DNA from: a phage
DNA length: 64,000 bases
Sequence record: OR896157.1
Direction: 5' to 3' (one strand)
Part shown: positions 31,936-40,122 of the stretch, in pieces
Position numbering within the stretch: position 1 is the stretch's first letter
Layout of the letters: each line of letters opens with the position of its first letter
Program-made: the position numbers and the translations under genes
Notes under the pieces: generated by a model
The model's database searches: none
What the model saw: the letters and a program-made list of their open reading frames with translations, nothing else
Told to the model about the DNA's origin: nothing

Positions 31936-32405
31936 TACAGAGTCTCCAATACAGTTTTAACTTTAGCTTCAGCAACTTGTTTAACAACCAGAACACGAAC
32001 ACCTTCAACTGCATTACGAATTTGCTTTTGAGCTGCTTGGTTGGCTTCCTCTTCAGTGTAAGGACCAACGCAGAAAGGCTGTTGAGAGCGATTAGTTGGA
32101 ATAGTCATCATCCAGAAATCTTTTGCATCAGACTCTGTTGGTTTAACTTCTTCAAGGTACTTGTGAACATCAGTAGCCAAGAAGAAGCACCATACTATAT
32201 TGAATACACCAACATTAGCATGATGAAGTTTACCATCAACATCGATTGCAATGATATTTCCACCACTATCAACCTTTTTGACTGTGAATGGAGTTAGTCC
32301 ATTATTCAACAGCTTAAGAAGTTCTTCAGAATAAGAACTTCCGCGATTTTTAAGACTACCAATACCAGTTTCAGTCAACTTAAACTCTTTATCAACAATA
32401 CACAT
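31935..32405 (-). CDS. hypothetical protein
   Basis: 156 aa from ATG with GAGGAAA Shine-Dalgarno (track ORF runs upstream through a hairpin). Confidence 0.6.
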   Translation of the reverse strand: MCIVDKEFKLTETGIGSLKNRGSSYSEELLKLLNNGLTPFTVKKVDSGGNIIAIDVDGKLHHANVGVFNIVWCFFLATDVHKYLEEVKPTESDAKDFWMMTIPTNRSQQPFCVGPYTEEEANQAAQKQIRNAVEGVRVLVVKQVAEAKVKTVLETL

Positions 32406-32423
32406 AACTATTTCCTCAAGTAG

Positions 32424-32439
32424 AGGGCCCGAAGGCCCT
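32424..32439 (-). terminator. C(UUCG)G hairpin (intercistronic)
   Basis: Plus AGGGCC-CGAA-GGCCCT; no U-run. Confidence 0.4.
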
Positions 32440-32443
32440 AAAT

Positions 32444-32806
32444 TTAGATTACGAATTCGTTTGAAACGATATCCCAAATTGCTTCACGCTGTTCTTCAGT
32501 TGTTTTCTGACCAAGAACGTGACGCAGATAAAGTTTAACCAGAAGTTTGCGATTGTCTCCGTTCCAAGAAGGATGAGTTCCTAAATCGCGTTTACGGTGG
32601 TCATCATGAAAACCAACAGAAATGACTGAACCTTTGAGTTTAACATCTAAAGTTGGGCCATTTTCAAAACTGATGAAGACGTAGTTATCTTCCCAGTACA
32701 TATCGATTTGAGCAACTGTGCCATTTTTATGTTCCCAGAGTAAAGTTGTTGAAACGTCCCATGCATTATCTTGAACGTATTTCTTTTTGAAGTTAGTGTA
32801 ATCCAT
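32444..32806 (-). CDS. hypothetical protein
   Basis: 120 aa from ATG with GGAG Shine-Dalgarno; early-promoter-like motif upstream. Confidence 0.6.
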   Translation of the reverse strand: MDYTNFKKKYVQDNAWDVSTTLLWEHKNGTVAQIDMYWEDNYVFISFENGPTLDVKLKGSVISVGFHDDHRKRDLGTHPSWNGDNRKLLVKLYLRHVLGQKTTEEQREAIWDIVSNEFVI

Positions 32807-32844
32807 TTTGTTCTCCGTTGTATCTGTTTGTTTATTGAGTTTAT

Positions 32845-32874
32845 ATACTAACACATACAACGGAGGATGTAAAC
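32845..32874 (-). promoter_or_regulatory. early-promoter-like motif TTTACA-N17-TAGTAT (copy 2)
   Basis: Same 45-nt motif family as at 26224. Confidence 0.5.
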
Positions 32875-32877
32875 GGT

Positions 32878-33405
32878 TTAGTTCACTTCTGTGAAAATTG
32901 TTTGAGGAACGTACTCGGTTTTGGCAGTTGCAATCATCTTCATAATGATAGCTTTACCTTCAATGTTTTTACGCAAGAACGACTTGCACGCATCATGAGC
33001 TTCTTCAGATGTCATAAGAATAGCTATGGAACGCTCGTCCCCTACTTGGTCCAGATTCAACCAAACGTTTTCTTTCTTAGTCTGGCCTAAAGCTACATAC
33101 ATCACTTCAACGGTCTTTTCTTCAACCTCAACCTCAACCAGGAAATTTCTGACTTCAGTGCCGGTGAACCAAGGACATGAATCACCATTCATACCGTCAA
33201 TTTCAGCACCTTTTGGGCTTATCCAGCTTTCATTTTCAAATCGGATAAGACCTACAGAACCACTTGCAATAGCTTCGCCTTTTGCAATGTAAAAAGACTT
33301 ATCACCGATATACTCAGCAATAAGCTGATTCACTCTCTGATTACAGCCTTCGGTGGATTTTAAAAAGCCTTCTTTTTCTAAGCGGTACAGAACATCACTT
33401 TTCAT
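32878..33405 (-). CDS. hypothetical protein
   Basis: 175 aa; contains CPWFTGTEV segment shared at DNA level with the neighbouring ORF. Confidence 0.6.
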   Translation of the reverse strand: MKSDVLYRLEKEGFLKSTEGCNQRVNQLIAEYIGDKSFYIAKGEAIASGSVGLIRFENESWISPKGAEIDGMNGDSCPWFTGTEVRNFLVEVEVEEKTVEVMYVALGQTKKENVWLNLDQVGDERSIAILMTSEEAHDACKSFLRKNIEGKAIIMKMIATAKTEYVPQTIFTEVN

Positions 33406-33417
33406 AGTTTCCTCATA

Positions 33418-33431
33418 AGGCCCGAAGGCCT
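33418..33431 (-). terminator. C(UUCG)G hairpin (intercistronic)
   Basis: Plus AGGCC-CGAA-GGCCT. Confidence 0.4.
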
Positions 33432-33804
33432 AGAACATTTTACGTTCGGTCCAGTTATCAAGATTAACTGTACCAGTTTTCTTCATTTTTTCAATCAAGT
33501 TATCTGCACGAGTGCGTCCATTTTCATACCACACTACATCTTCAGAATAACCATCTTCGTCTTCATAAGTTTCAGAACGAATATGACCATGAATGCTTGT
33601 TTTCAAAACGTATTCAGTGCCGGTGAACCAATTAGTCAGAATAATGTACCAGCAGAAATCAGTAGATGGACCTTCAGGAGTCATGCAGTGAACTACATCT
33701 CCTTGCCACGAAGACAGATGCCACATTGGCTCTTCTACTTCGATTGCTTTGTATCCATCGTGGTCTTTCGTTTTGATAGTAGCATTCAGATTAATTGTGT
33801 TCAT
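33430..33804 (-). CDS. hypothetical protein
   Basis: 124 aa from ATG with GGAG Shine-Dalgarno; contains NWFTGTEYV. Confidence 0.6.
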   Translation of the reverse strand: MNTINLNATIKTKDHDGYKAIEVEEPMWHLSSWQGDVVHCMTPEGPSTDFCWYIILTNWFTGTEYVLKTSIHGHIRSETYEDEDGYSEDVVWYENGRTRADNLIEKMKKTGTVNLDNWTERKMF

Positions 33805-33840
33805 TTTATTCTCCGTTACCATATTGGTTATTGAGATTCT

Positions 33841-33869
33841 ATCATAACACAACTTTTGGCAGATGTAAA
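33841..33869 (-). promoter_or_regulatory. early-promoter-like motif TTTACA-N17-TATGAT (copy 3)
   Basis: Same motif family. Confidence 0.5.
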
Positions 33870-33872
33870 CGG

Positions 33873-34076
33873 TTAGAGTTTTTCGCAACTATGGTATTCA
33901 GCATCTGCCCAAATGCCGAATGCTGGCAATGATTCTAGCATTGAGTTTCCAACTTCAATTGGGTCTTCCCACGGCCAAAGTGTAGCAATCTTTTCATAGA
34001 AAAAGACTGAATCCATATGTGAATATTCTGCAGGGTATTCTGATATAACTTTGAAAATAAATTTACGTTTAAACAT
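33873..34076 (-). CDS. hypothetical protein
   Basis: 67 aa from ATG with AGAGG Shine-Dalgarno (track start is TTG). Confidence 0.5.
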   Translation of the reverse strand: MFKRKFIFKVISEYPAEYSHMDSVFFYEKIATLWPWEDPIEVGNSMLESLPAFGIWADAEYHSCEKL

Positions 34077-34098
34077 ATGAACCTCTGGATGCAAAAAA

Positions 34099-34118
34099 GG
34101 GACTCCCGAAGGAGTCCC
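34099..34118 (-). terminator. intrinsic terminator with C(UUCG)G loop
   Basis: Plus GGGACTCC-CGAA-GGAGTCCC; minus-strand RNA has the hairpin followed by UUUUUU. Confidence 0.7.
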
Positions 34119-34129
34119 GAACTTATGCT

Positions 34130-34309
34130 TTATGCTTTCTTACGTGGATTACCAAATGCAGCATCATGAGCAATAACTTTGCGAGCGCGAGATGCTAGCT
34201 GGTCAGCCAATGGATTAATACGAGAGTTAGACCCACGCTTGTAGCCAGCGCGTTTAGAGGTACCAACAACTTCTTTTACTGCAGTTTTTGCTTTAGCTTG
34301 TTTAGCCAT
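34130..34309 (-). CDS. small highly basic protein (59 aa)
   Basis: MAKQAKAKTAVKEVVGTSKRAGYKRG...NPRKKA, about one third K/R; followed by a canonical terminator. Confidence 0.5.
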   Translation of the reverse strand: MAKQAKAKTAVKEVVGTSKRAGYKRGSNSRINPLADQLASRARKVIAHDAAFGNPRKKA

Positions 34310-34626
34310 TTTTAGTCTTCCATTTTGGAGAAATACATGGGAGCACGTTCTTCCGAGTTTCAACTTCTTTCGACAGTTCTTTCGGTTGTAGCTCCCGCAA
34401 GCCCTCAAAGGGTACTTTGTGAGTTTTGTATATTTAACGTTCCGGTTCTCACAACCTTAACTTCATACGCTCTTATCTGTTGCACACCGTTAGCTTAAAG
34501 GTTCCGGGTCCGATTTCTCGAGGATAAGATATACACTGATGGATGCATAGGCCTTGAGGCGTACTCCCGATTGGCCATCACCTCGGGGTAGCATGCACTT
34601 GCCGCGTAACTTGCCTTACAGCAACA
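34310..34626 (-). other. ORF-free G+C-elevated segment; candidate structured RNA or gene remnant
   Basis: About 317 nt with no ORF of 60 aa or more in any frame in an otherwise tightly packed genome; contains GGGAGC...GCUCCC long-range complement. Confidence 0.3.
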
Positions 34627-34875
34627 TTACTTCAGAGTCACTACGAAATGACGAACCGCTTTACGAGCTGCTGAACACAGAGGTTTAGCAAACTTCAGCT
34701 CATCTTTCAGAGCAAGTACATCGCGGAGGTCTGCCTGAACAGGATTCAGATGTTTGAAACCTTTCAGAACTTCCAGTGCTTCGGCGTAAACGTCGATTGA
34801 TGCACCGTAGTTATCGTGACCTGCGTTCCAGGAGTTGCGCTGCAGATGCAGAGCGTGTTCAAGTTGTTTGTTCAT
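34627..34875 (-). CDS. rIII: rIII lysis-inhibition accessory protein (probable)
   Basis: 82 aa from internal ATG, same length as T4 rIII; immediately downstream of gene 31 as in T4. Confidence 0.7.
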   Translation of the reverse strand: MNKQLEHALHLQRNSWNAGHDNYGASIDVYAEALEVLKGFKHLNPVQADLRDVLALKDELKFAKPLCSAARKAVRHFVVTLK

Positions 34876-35006
34876 TGACATTATGTCATTCCTCAATACG
34901 AGGTTAATAAAAGGTAGACGGTACCAGAATTTAAGCTGCGCGTCTACCACCTTGTAATTTCTCCGGTTAACTTTTGTCCGGCAGCCAAATTACAATAATA
35001 TTTATA

Positions 35007-35330
35007 TCACCCGTAGATGCACGGAATTGACTTCCAATGACAAGTAACAAATTTCTGTGCAATTTCTTTTGGTTTTTTCATACCAGCAGCGACAAGCGGA
35101 TGAGGTACATTACGAATCTGACCAGTTGGCAGCGGCACTAACATACCGACTTCGAAAATACCTTCAGGAACATCCGCGCCGATTGAATAGATTTCACACA
35201 TATCAGGGATTTGTCCGGTTTCTTGTTTGCCGATAACAATACCGCCAGAAGAAACGATTTCATCACCTTGCTGAGGAGGTTCAGAAACCAAGATAACATG
35301 TTCGCCGATAGCTTTAATTGGTAAATCCAT
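35007..35330 (-). CDS. 31: gp31 co-chaperonin (GroES-like) for capsid folding
   Basis: 107 aa from ATG at 35330; ...[29 protein letters not shown] matches T4 gp31 as recalled. Confidence 0.92.
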   Translation of the reverse strand: MDLPIKAIGEHVILVSEPPQQGDEIVSSGGIVIGKQETGQIPDMCEIYSIGADVPEGIFEVGMLVPLPTGQIRNVPHPLVAAGMKKPKEIAQKFVTCHWKSIPCIYG

Positions 35331-35386
35331 TGTTACACCTTGTTGTTTGAGCATGAAATAATATTATCATGCTCATATTTAAGCAA

Positions 35387-35743
35387 TTAACCTTTAACCT
35401 GAACCAGTTTCAGCAGATGCTCTACTTTAACACCATTTACTGAAACGATAGAATCTAGTTTGAATGAACGCCATGCGTGTTTTTCAGTGTCCCACACTGG
35501 AATAGCTTCAGTAGATTCTTTACGAGACACCTGAGAGCCAACGCTTTCAACCAAGTCGCTTGGAATGATGTCATGGTCACGAGTACAACGCAGAGAACGG
35601 ATAGTACCGTCTACTTTCTCAAATACTACTTGAGATTCGCCACGAGCCAGAATTGGTTTCAGAGTATCACGAATTTGTACTTTTTCAGCTTCAGTCAGTT
35701 TAGTTTTCTTAGTCATTTTCAACACCACAGTAGTTTTCAACAT
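35387..35743 (-). CDS. hypothetical protein
   Basis: 118 aa per track; overlaps cd 3' end, alternative start at 35716. Confidence 0.55.
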   Translation of the reverse strand: MLKTTVVLKMTKKTKLTEAEKVQIRDTLKPILARGESQVVFEKVDGTIRSLRCTRDHDIIPSDLVESVGSQVSRKESTEAIPVWDTEKHAWRSFKLDSIVSVNGVKVEHLLKLVQVKG

Positions 35744-36275
35744 TATACCAATTGAGTTTATTCAAGTTCGTCTTAGGAACATGATGAATCTCAATACCAG
35801 CATCGCGGAGGATGTTATCCCAACCGTCGGCATTTTTATCGTATGTTTCACAATATACGAGTTTCTTAATTCCAGATTGAGCAATAGCTTTGGCGCAGTC
35901 TGGGCATGGTGAAAGTGTAACGTACATCGTAGCGCCTTCAATTGAAGAACCATTACGTGCTGCGAACAGAATAGCATTCAATTCAGCATGTATTTCGTTA
36001 ATTTTCGACCACTTAGAATGTTCAGCTCGGAATTTAGTGTCTAATCCATATTTTGGAATTGGTCCATCTTGACGAAGACCACTTCCAGGTTTCTTAACTA
36101 ACCACCCTTTATCTTCGGCATGGTCACAGCAGTTAACTCCACCGGCAGGAGAACCATTATAGCCGGTAGAAATGATACGACCATTTTTCTCAATAACTGC
36201 ACCGACTTTCCAGGAGCAGCATTTCGATTCTTGGGAAATCAGATAAGCGATTTGTAAGACGGTGCTAGCTTTCAT
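35709..36275 (-). CDS. cd: dCMP deaminase
   Basis: 188 aa; zinc-binding deaminase motifs HAELNA and PCPDC; T4 position between pseT and 31. Confidence 0.93.
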   Translation of the reverse strand: MKASTVLQIAYLISQESKCCSWKVGAVIEKNGRIISTGYNGSPAGGVNCCDHAEDKGWLVKKPGSGLRQDGPIPKYGLDTKFRAEHSKWSKINEIHAELNAILFAARNGSSIEGATMYVTLSPCPDCAKAIAQSGIKKLVYCETYDKNADGWDNILRDAGIEIHHVPKTNLNKLNWYNVENYCGVEND

Positions 36276-36622
36276 TATTGAATCACCAAATAGTTTGAAC
36301 GGTCAGTTTTAATCAGTGTAATTTCAGTATGAAGAGGAATAATCTCTTGTACCGTACCAGTGATTATAAACACCCCATCTTTAAAGCGTTTCTTTCCGTC
36401 GAAGAAAACATCACCGTAAAAACGTTCACCTACGATAGGAGAAGTCTGGTCTTTAGAAGTGATAAGGATTCCATCATACCCGTCGCAAGAATTCACCAGA
36501 CGGTCACACGCTAATACAGAACGAACGAATCCAACACCATCTTCAGTGAATTGAGATTTATCACCACAAGCATTGTAATGTTCTTTTCGGACACCATCGA
36601 AGATGTCAGTTAAATTCATCAA
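36275..36622 (-). CDS. hypothetical protein (cd-upstream small ORF)
   Basis: 115 aa; start/stop coupled with neighbours. Confidence 0.55.
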   Translation of the reverse strand: MMNLTDIFDGVRKEHYNACGDKSQFTEDGVGFVRSVLACDRLVNSCDGYDGILITSKDQTSPIVGERFYGDVFFDGKKRFKDGVFIITGTVQEIIPLHTEITLIKTDRSNYLVIQ

Positions 36623-36849
36623 ATTATATCACCTAAAACGTTAGTCATTGTAACATGTCCATAACGGTCAAGAGTTAACAAAGCTGTTTGGTCCTTTCCA
36701 TTATGAGTGATTGTAATTAAAGCTCCATTAGAAACGCGGTCAGGACGGAGCTGAACCTCAGCTCCTGGTACTTTATTTGCTAAAGCCTGCGCGAATTCTT
36801 TAAGCTTTTCCAGAAATTCAATCCGGCTAAAAGTTTTATCAGAAGTCAC
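36619..36849 (-). CDS. hypothetical protein
   Basis: 76 aa; coupled overlap. Confidence 0.55.
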   Translation of the reverse strand: MTSDKTFSRIEFLEKLKEFAQALANKVPGAEVQLRPDRVSNGALITITHNGKDQTALLTLDRYGHVTMTNVLGDII

Positions 36850-37132
36850 TGTTGTCCCAGCTGTAAATTACAGAGAAGAAAATAGGGTCATCTTTATCAA
36901 TGTCTAAACGGAAATCAAAAGTCATTGAATAGCTATTGAAAGATGGCGTAACTTTAAATTTAATGCCTTTCCACAGAATTTGTAAAGCACCTACAATATC
37001 CGCATGAATTTGCGCATGAGTTGGTGCTGTTGACGGAACAAACAGAAAGTTATCTGCAACCTGAGCTACAACAACTTCAGCTACTTTACGAAAACTTGAA
37101 AGACCTGGACGTACTTCAGTATGAATTCCCAT
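36839..37132 (-). CDS. hypothetical protein
   Basis: 97 aa. Confidence 0.5.
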   Translation of the reverse strand: MGIHTEVRPGLSSFRKVAEVVVAQVADNFLFVPSTAPTHAQIHADIVGALQILWKGIKFKVTPSFNSYSMTFDFRLDIDKDDPIFFSVIYSWDNSDF

Positions 37133-37350
37133 TAGTGCACCGTATGTACTTTAACGTTAACGACAAAGTGAGTAACAACCTCACCAATTGGAACGAACTC
37201 TACATAATACTCATCTTTGTATCTAGAGTTCATATCGGTGCGAATTTGAGCAAGCTTATTGATGAGCTCAGGTGTCATATTCATACCGACGATTTCACGA
37301 AGAAGCTTGTAAGCTTCCTCTTTGACCTGTTCGTGTTTATTATACATCAT
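37132..37350 (-). CDS. hypothetical protein
   Basis: 72 aa. Confidence 0.5.
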   Translation of the reverse strand: MMYNKHEQVKEEAYKLLREIVGMNMTPELINKLAQIRTDMNSRYKDEYYVEFVPIGEVVTHFVVNVKVHTVH

Positions 37351-37363
37351 TTCACCTTATGCA

Positions 37364-37555
37364 TTATTGACGATACCATGGAAGCATGAGCTTAGTTTTC
37401 TTTACAGTAAAATTTAGCTCTGGATTGGTTTTACGAGCTTTCAAACATACTTCCCAAGCCGAACCTTCATCCATATACGCGCAATACTGTTTTTCAAATA
37501 CAACTACACAGCCTGTGCTACTATTAATGATAACCCAACATTCATGCTTACCCAT
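37364..37555 (-). CDS. hypothetical Cys-rich small protein
   Basis: 63 aa from ATG forming TAATG coupling with pseT stop (track ORF begins 10 codons upstream). Confidence 0.5.
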   Translation of the reverse strand: MGKHECWVIINSSTGCVVVFEKQYCAYMDEGSAWEVCLKARKTNPELNFTVKKTKLMLPWYRQ

Positions 37556-38442
37556 TAGAAATCTCCATGAGCAACTTGCCAACATTCAACGCCGATACGA
37601 CGCCACATTTCAACTACTTGCGCTCGGTCATCTACTGCAAGCTTAATGTTATAATGAGGAGCAATATCGCGCCAGAAGATTTCTTCTTTTACGATATCAT
37701 CTTTACGAGAATCGCCCTGCTGACGCTGCCAATGCCCATGAGTTTCACCGACATGGTCTAATACCCATTTCTGAGTCATGCGACGATAAACAGTTTCATC
37801 TTCTTTTGTACCAGATTCGCGCCCAGATACAGTAAGAATTTTAAACCCTTTCTGCCGAAGCATTTTCAGGAGTTCAATAACCATTTCTTTTGGAGCATCT
37901 TCAGCACATTTATCAAGGTCAAATGGTGAACGATGATGGTTATCTGCAAGAGTTCCATCAAGGTCAAAGATAACCGCTTTTGGTTTAGACAAATCAGGAA
38001 CGTAAACTTTCTCAACTTCCATCAGCGCATAAAAATGGCGCAGAACATCAATCGGAACTGCTTTATCACCACGATATTGGTTGCGCTTAACCAGTTCAGT
38101 CCAAGGAACATGGAAGTCCTGGAAAGACATTTCATACAGACCTTTGAAACGAAGTTCCCACTTCTCGACGGTTTTAGGGTTCAAGTTAGTGTCGCAGACG
38201 ATAACACCTTTGGTGTGTTCAAGGTCAAGCAGAGACACTGCAGCAGAAATTTGAGCAGCTGTTACTGCACGCTCTTTATGCTTAGAATATTTGTAAGCAT
38301 TGCGAGCATCAAGGCCAAACAGCTTTTCACGGAAATCATCACGAGACAGAATGTACCAACCAGGATTTTTAGCGACATATTCATTTGCCCAAGTTGACTT
38401 TCCACAACCCGGCGCACCACGAGTCAAAATAATCTTTTTCAT
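37555..38442 (-). CDS. pseT: polynucleotide 5'-kinase / 3'-phosphatase
   Basis: 295 aa; P-loop GAPGCGKST near N-terminus and HAD phosphatase motif DLDGTL; T4 Pnk is 301 aa. Confidence 0.95.
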   Translation of the reverse strand: MKKIILTRGAPGCGKSTWANEYVAKNPGWYILSRDDFREKLFGLDARNAYKYSKHKERAVTAAQISAAVSLLDLEHTKGVIVCDTNLNPKTVEKWELRFKGLYEMSFQDFHVPWTELVKRNQYRGDKAVPIDVLRHFYALMEVEKVYVPDLSKPKAVIFDLDGTLADNHHRSPFDLDKCAEDAPKEMVIELLKMLRQKGFKILTVSGRESGTKEDETVYRRMTQKWVLDHVGETHGHWQRQQGDSRKDDIVKEEIFWRDIAPHYNIKLAVDDRAQVVEMWRRIGVECWQVAHGDF

Positions 38443-38780
38443 TCAAGTTCCTTTACAAAATCATTAAGGTCGGATTTAGACTTATTATAATCTTCCAGAG
38501 TTTTAGCTAACCATTCTTCTTTGCGGCTGTTTAGTAGAGCAGATATATACGAGCCTTGAGCAAACACATGATTACACATTAAACTCGTCATGCGATTAGA
38601 TAAAGAAATTGACCCACGGGATTCAATAGCTCTACGTAAATTTGCTCCAGCTTCGTCTAAGTCTCGAGCAATGCTTTCAAGTTCTTGATCTGCGCGAACT
38701 GAACCATCATCTACACGAAGCCCATACGAATAAGCATATGAAGCTTTGCGATATTTTTCGAGTAGAATTTTAATGGGCAT
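38439..38780 (-). CDS. hypothetical protein (pseT.1 position)
   Basis: 113 aa from ATG with AGGA Shine-Dalgarno (track start is TTG); ATGA overlap with pseT. Confidence 0.55.
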   Translation of the reverse strand: MPIKILLEKYRKASYAYSYGLRVDDGSVRADQELESIARDLDEAGANLRRAIESRGSISLSNRMTSLMCNHVFAQGSYISALLNSRKEEWLAKTLEDYNKSKSDLNDFVKELE

Positions 38781-38811
38781 TAGCAATTTCCTCAAAGTTT
38801 ATTATCCCGAT

Positions 38812-38827
38812 GAGGCCCGAAGGCCTC
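38812..38827 (-). terminator. C(UUCG)G hairpin (intercistronic)
   Basis: Plus GAGGCC-CGAA-GGCCTC. Confidence 0.4.
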
Positions 38828-38909
38828 AATTAAAACGTAACGACAATTACGAGAACTGCGGAGCATACAATTGCAGCGATGAACAGACCAAAACAAAACA
38901 GCTTTGCAC

Positions 38910-39212
38910 CTAACGTGAATTTACGCATTTTGGTTCCTTTAATTCGGAGCGATAGTAACATATCATACCATTAGCATCTTTGGTATAACGAAGAACATCA
39001 TTCAACCAAATTCTAAACTCCTGAGAATCAGAATAGGGCATTCCTACAAACGGACGACCATCAACTTCAACGATAGTCCAATGTCCATTCCAAGTCTTAA
39101 TTTGGTCAGGCCAAGATGGATGCACTGCCGTTGGCTGGGGTAACTCTGGTGTCTTCTGGGAACATCCAGCCAATAGTCCAATTGATAATACAGCGGCTAC
39201 TAAGAGTTTCAC
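38910..39212 (-). CDS. pseT.2: outer-membrane spanin (o-spanin lipoprotein)
   Basis: 100 aa; signal peptide with lipobox LLAGC; 4-nt overlap with upstream i-spanin gene. Confidence 0.7.
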   Translation of the reverse strand: MKLLVAAVLSIGLLAGCSQKTPELPQPTAVHPSWPDQIKTWNGHWTIVEVDGRPFVGMPYSDSQEFRIWLNDVLRYTKDANGMICYYRSELKEPKCVNSR

Positions 39213-39565
39213 TTGGTGGCCTCCTGGAACTCTAGAGTCAATTTGTTGAAAGACTCATTTAACTGTTTTTCAACCAGCTTAGGCTTAGCTTTGACCACGT
39301 GCTCGCGTTTAGCATCTTTAGCCATTTTAGCGTCAGACTTATCAGCCTCCGCTCTGTTTTCTTTACGTACTTCATCGTACGTATTCAAATTTTTGATATC
39401 TAGCTTCAGCTTATCAATAGCTTTATCTTGAGCTTCTGCTACCTCTTGAACTTCTTTTAGTCCAAGTTTTAAGTTATCGATTCGCATTGACTGGAATTGG
39501 ATGAATCCATAAGCTGCCAGTCCTAGTGCTACTACAATAACATGTGTGTTTGTTATTTTGAACAT
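39209..39565 (-). CDS. pseT.3: inner-membrane spanin (i-spanin)
   Basis: 118 aa; N-terminal transmembrane helix VIVVALGLAAYGFIQF followed by charged coiled-coil-like region. Confidence 0.7.
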   Translation of the reverse strand: MFKITNTHVIVVALGLAAYGFIQFQSMRIDNLKLGLKEVQEVAEAQDKAIDKLKLDIKNLNTYDEVRKENRAEADKSDAKMAKDAKREHVVKAKPKLVEKQLNESFNKLTLEFQEATK

Positions 39566-40059
39566 AATTTGATGATTGCCTGTACAATATCGTCCTGAGA
39601 AAGACCATTGATAAGAATATGGTGTTCAGCAGGAGAGTTTTGAATTTTGAAGCAGGGATCCACCATCTCTGCCATTTCAGAAGCAGACAGACGAGGATTT
39701 GAAACACCCAGACGATGCTTTCCATAGATTGGGTCTACAATGATGTAGCACTTACAACCATTTACATGAACGTTTGGTTGGGAAATGTTAATCATCACTT
39801 CTGCACCGTACTTGGTCAGATGATTATCTAAGAAGCTGCGCATTTCTTCTACTGCTTCAGGCATCTTCTCAGCGCGTTCTTCATTTACGCGGTTGCTATA
39901 TTCTTTACGAGCCTTTTGACGCTTTTGGTCGCGAGAGTAAGCTACACGTAAATCTGTGATGTAACCCAGAGGACGAGAATTTTTGAAAATACGAATCCCG
40001 TCATGATGAGTGCCACCGTAAATTTCTATTAGTTCTTCAGCAGTGATTAAGTTCAGCAT
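39553..40059 (-). CDS. alc: Alc (host transcription inhibitor), by position
   Basis: 168 aa (T4 Alc 167 aa); sits between spanins and rnlA as in T4; sequence identity not recalled. Confidence 0.6.
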   Translation of the reverse strand: MLNLITAEELIEIYGGTHHDGIRIFKNSRPLGYITDLRVAYSRDQKRQKARKEYSNRVNEERAEKMPEAVEEMRSFLDNHLTKYGAEVMINISQPNVHVNGCKCYIIVDPIYGKHRLGVSNPRLSASEMAEMVDPCFKIQNSPAEHHILINGLSQDDIVQAIIKLCSK

Positions 40060-40090
40060 TTCGTTTTCTCCATTTGGTTAGTGTAGAGAC

Positions 40091-40119
40091 ATAGTAACAC
40101 AACCAAATGGAGATGTAAA
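40091..40119 (-). promoter_or_regulatory. early-promoter-like motif TTTACA-N17-TACTAT (copy 4)
   Basis: Same motif family; upstream of alc. Confidence 0.5.
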
Positions 40120-40122
40120 CGG

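Noticed and set aside
31795-32297. 78-aa and 106-aa plus-strand ORFs in the island
   Set aside because: Antisense to coupled minus-strand genes; no promoter or ribosome-binding site
34320-34626. Possible tRNA or group I intron in the ORF-free segment
   Set aside because: No acceptor stem or GGTTCGAATCC-like T-arm found by eye, and the region does not interrupt a coding sequence; left as an uncharacterised candidate RNA
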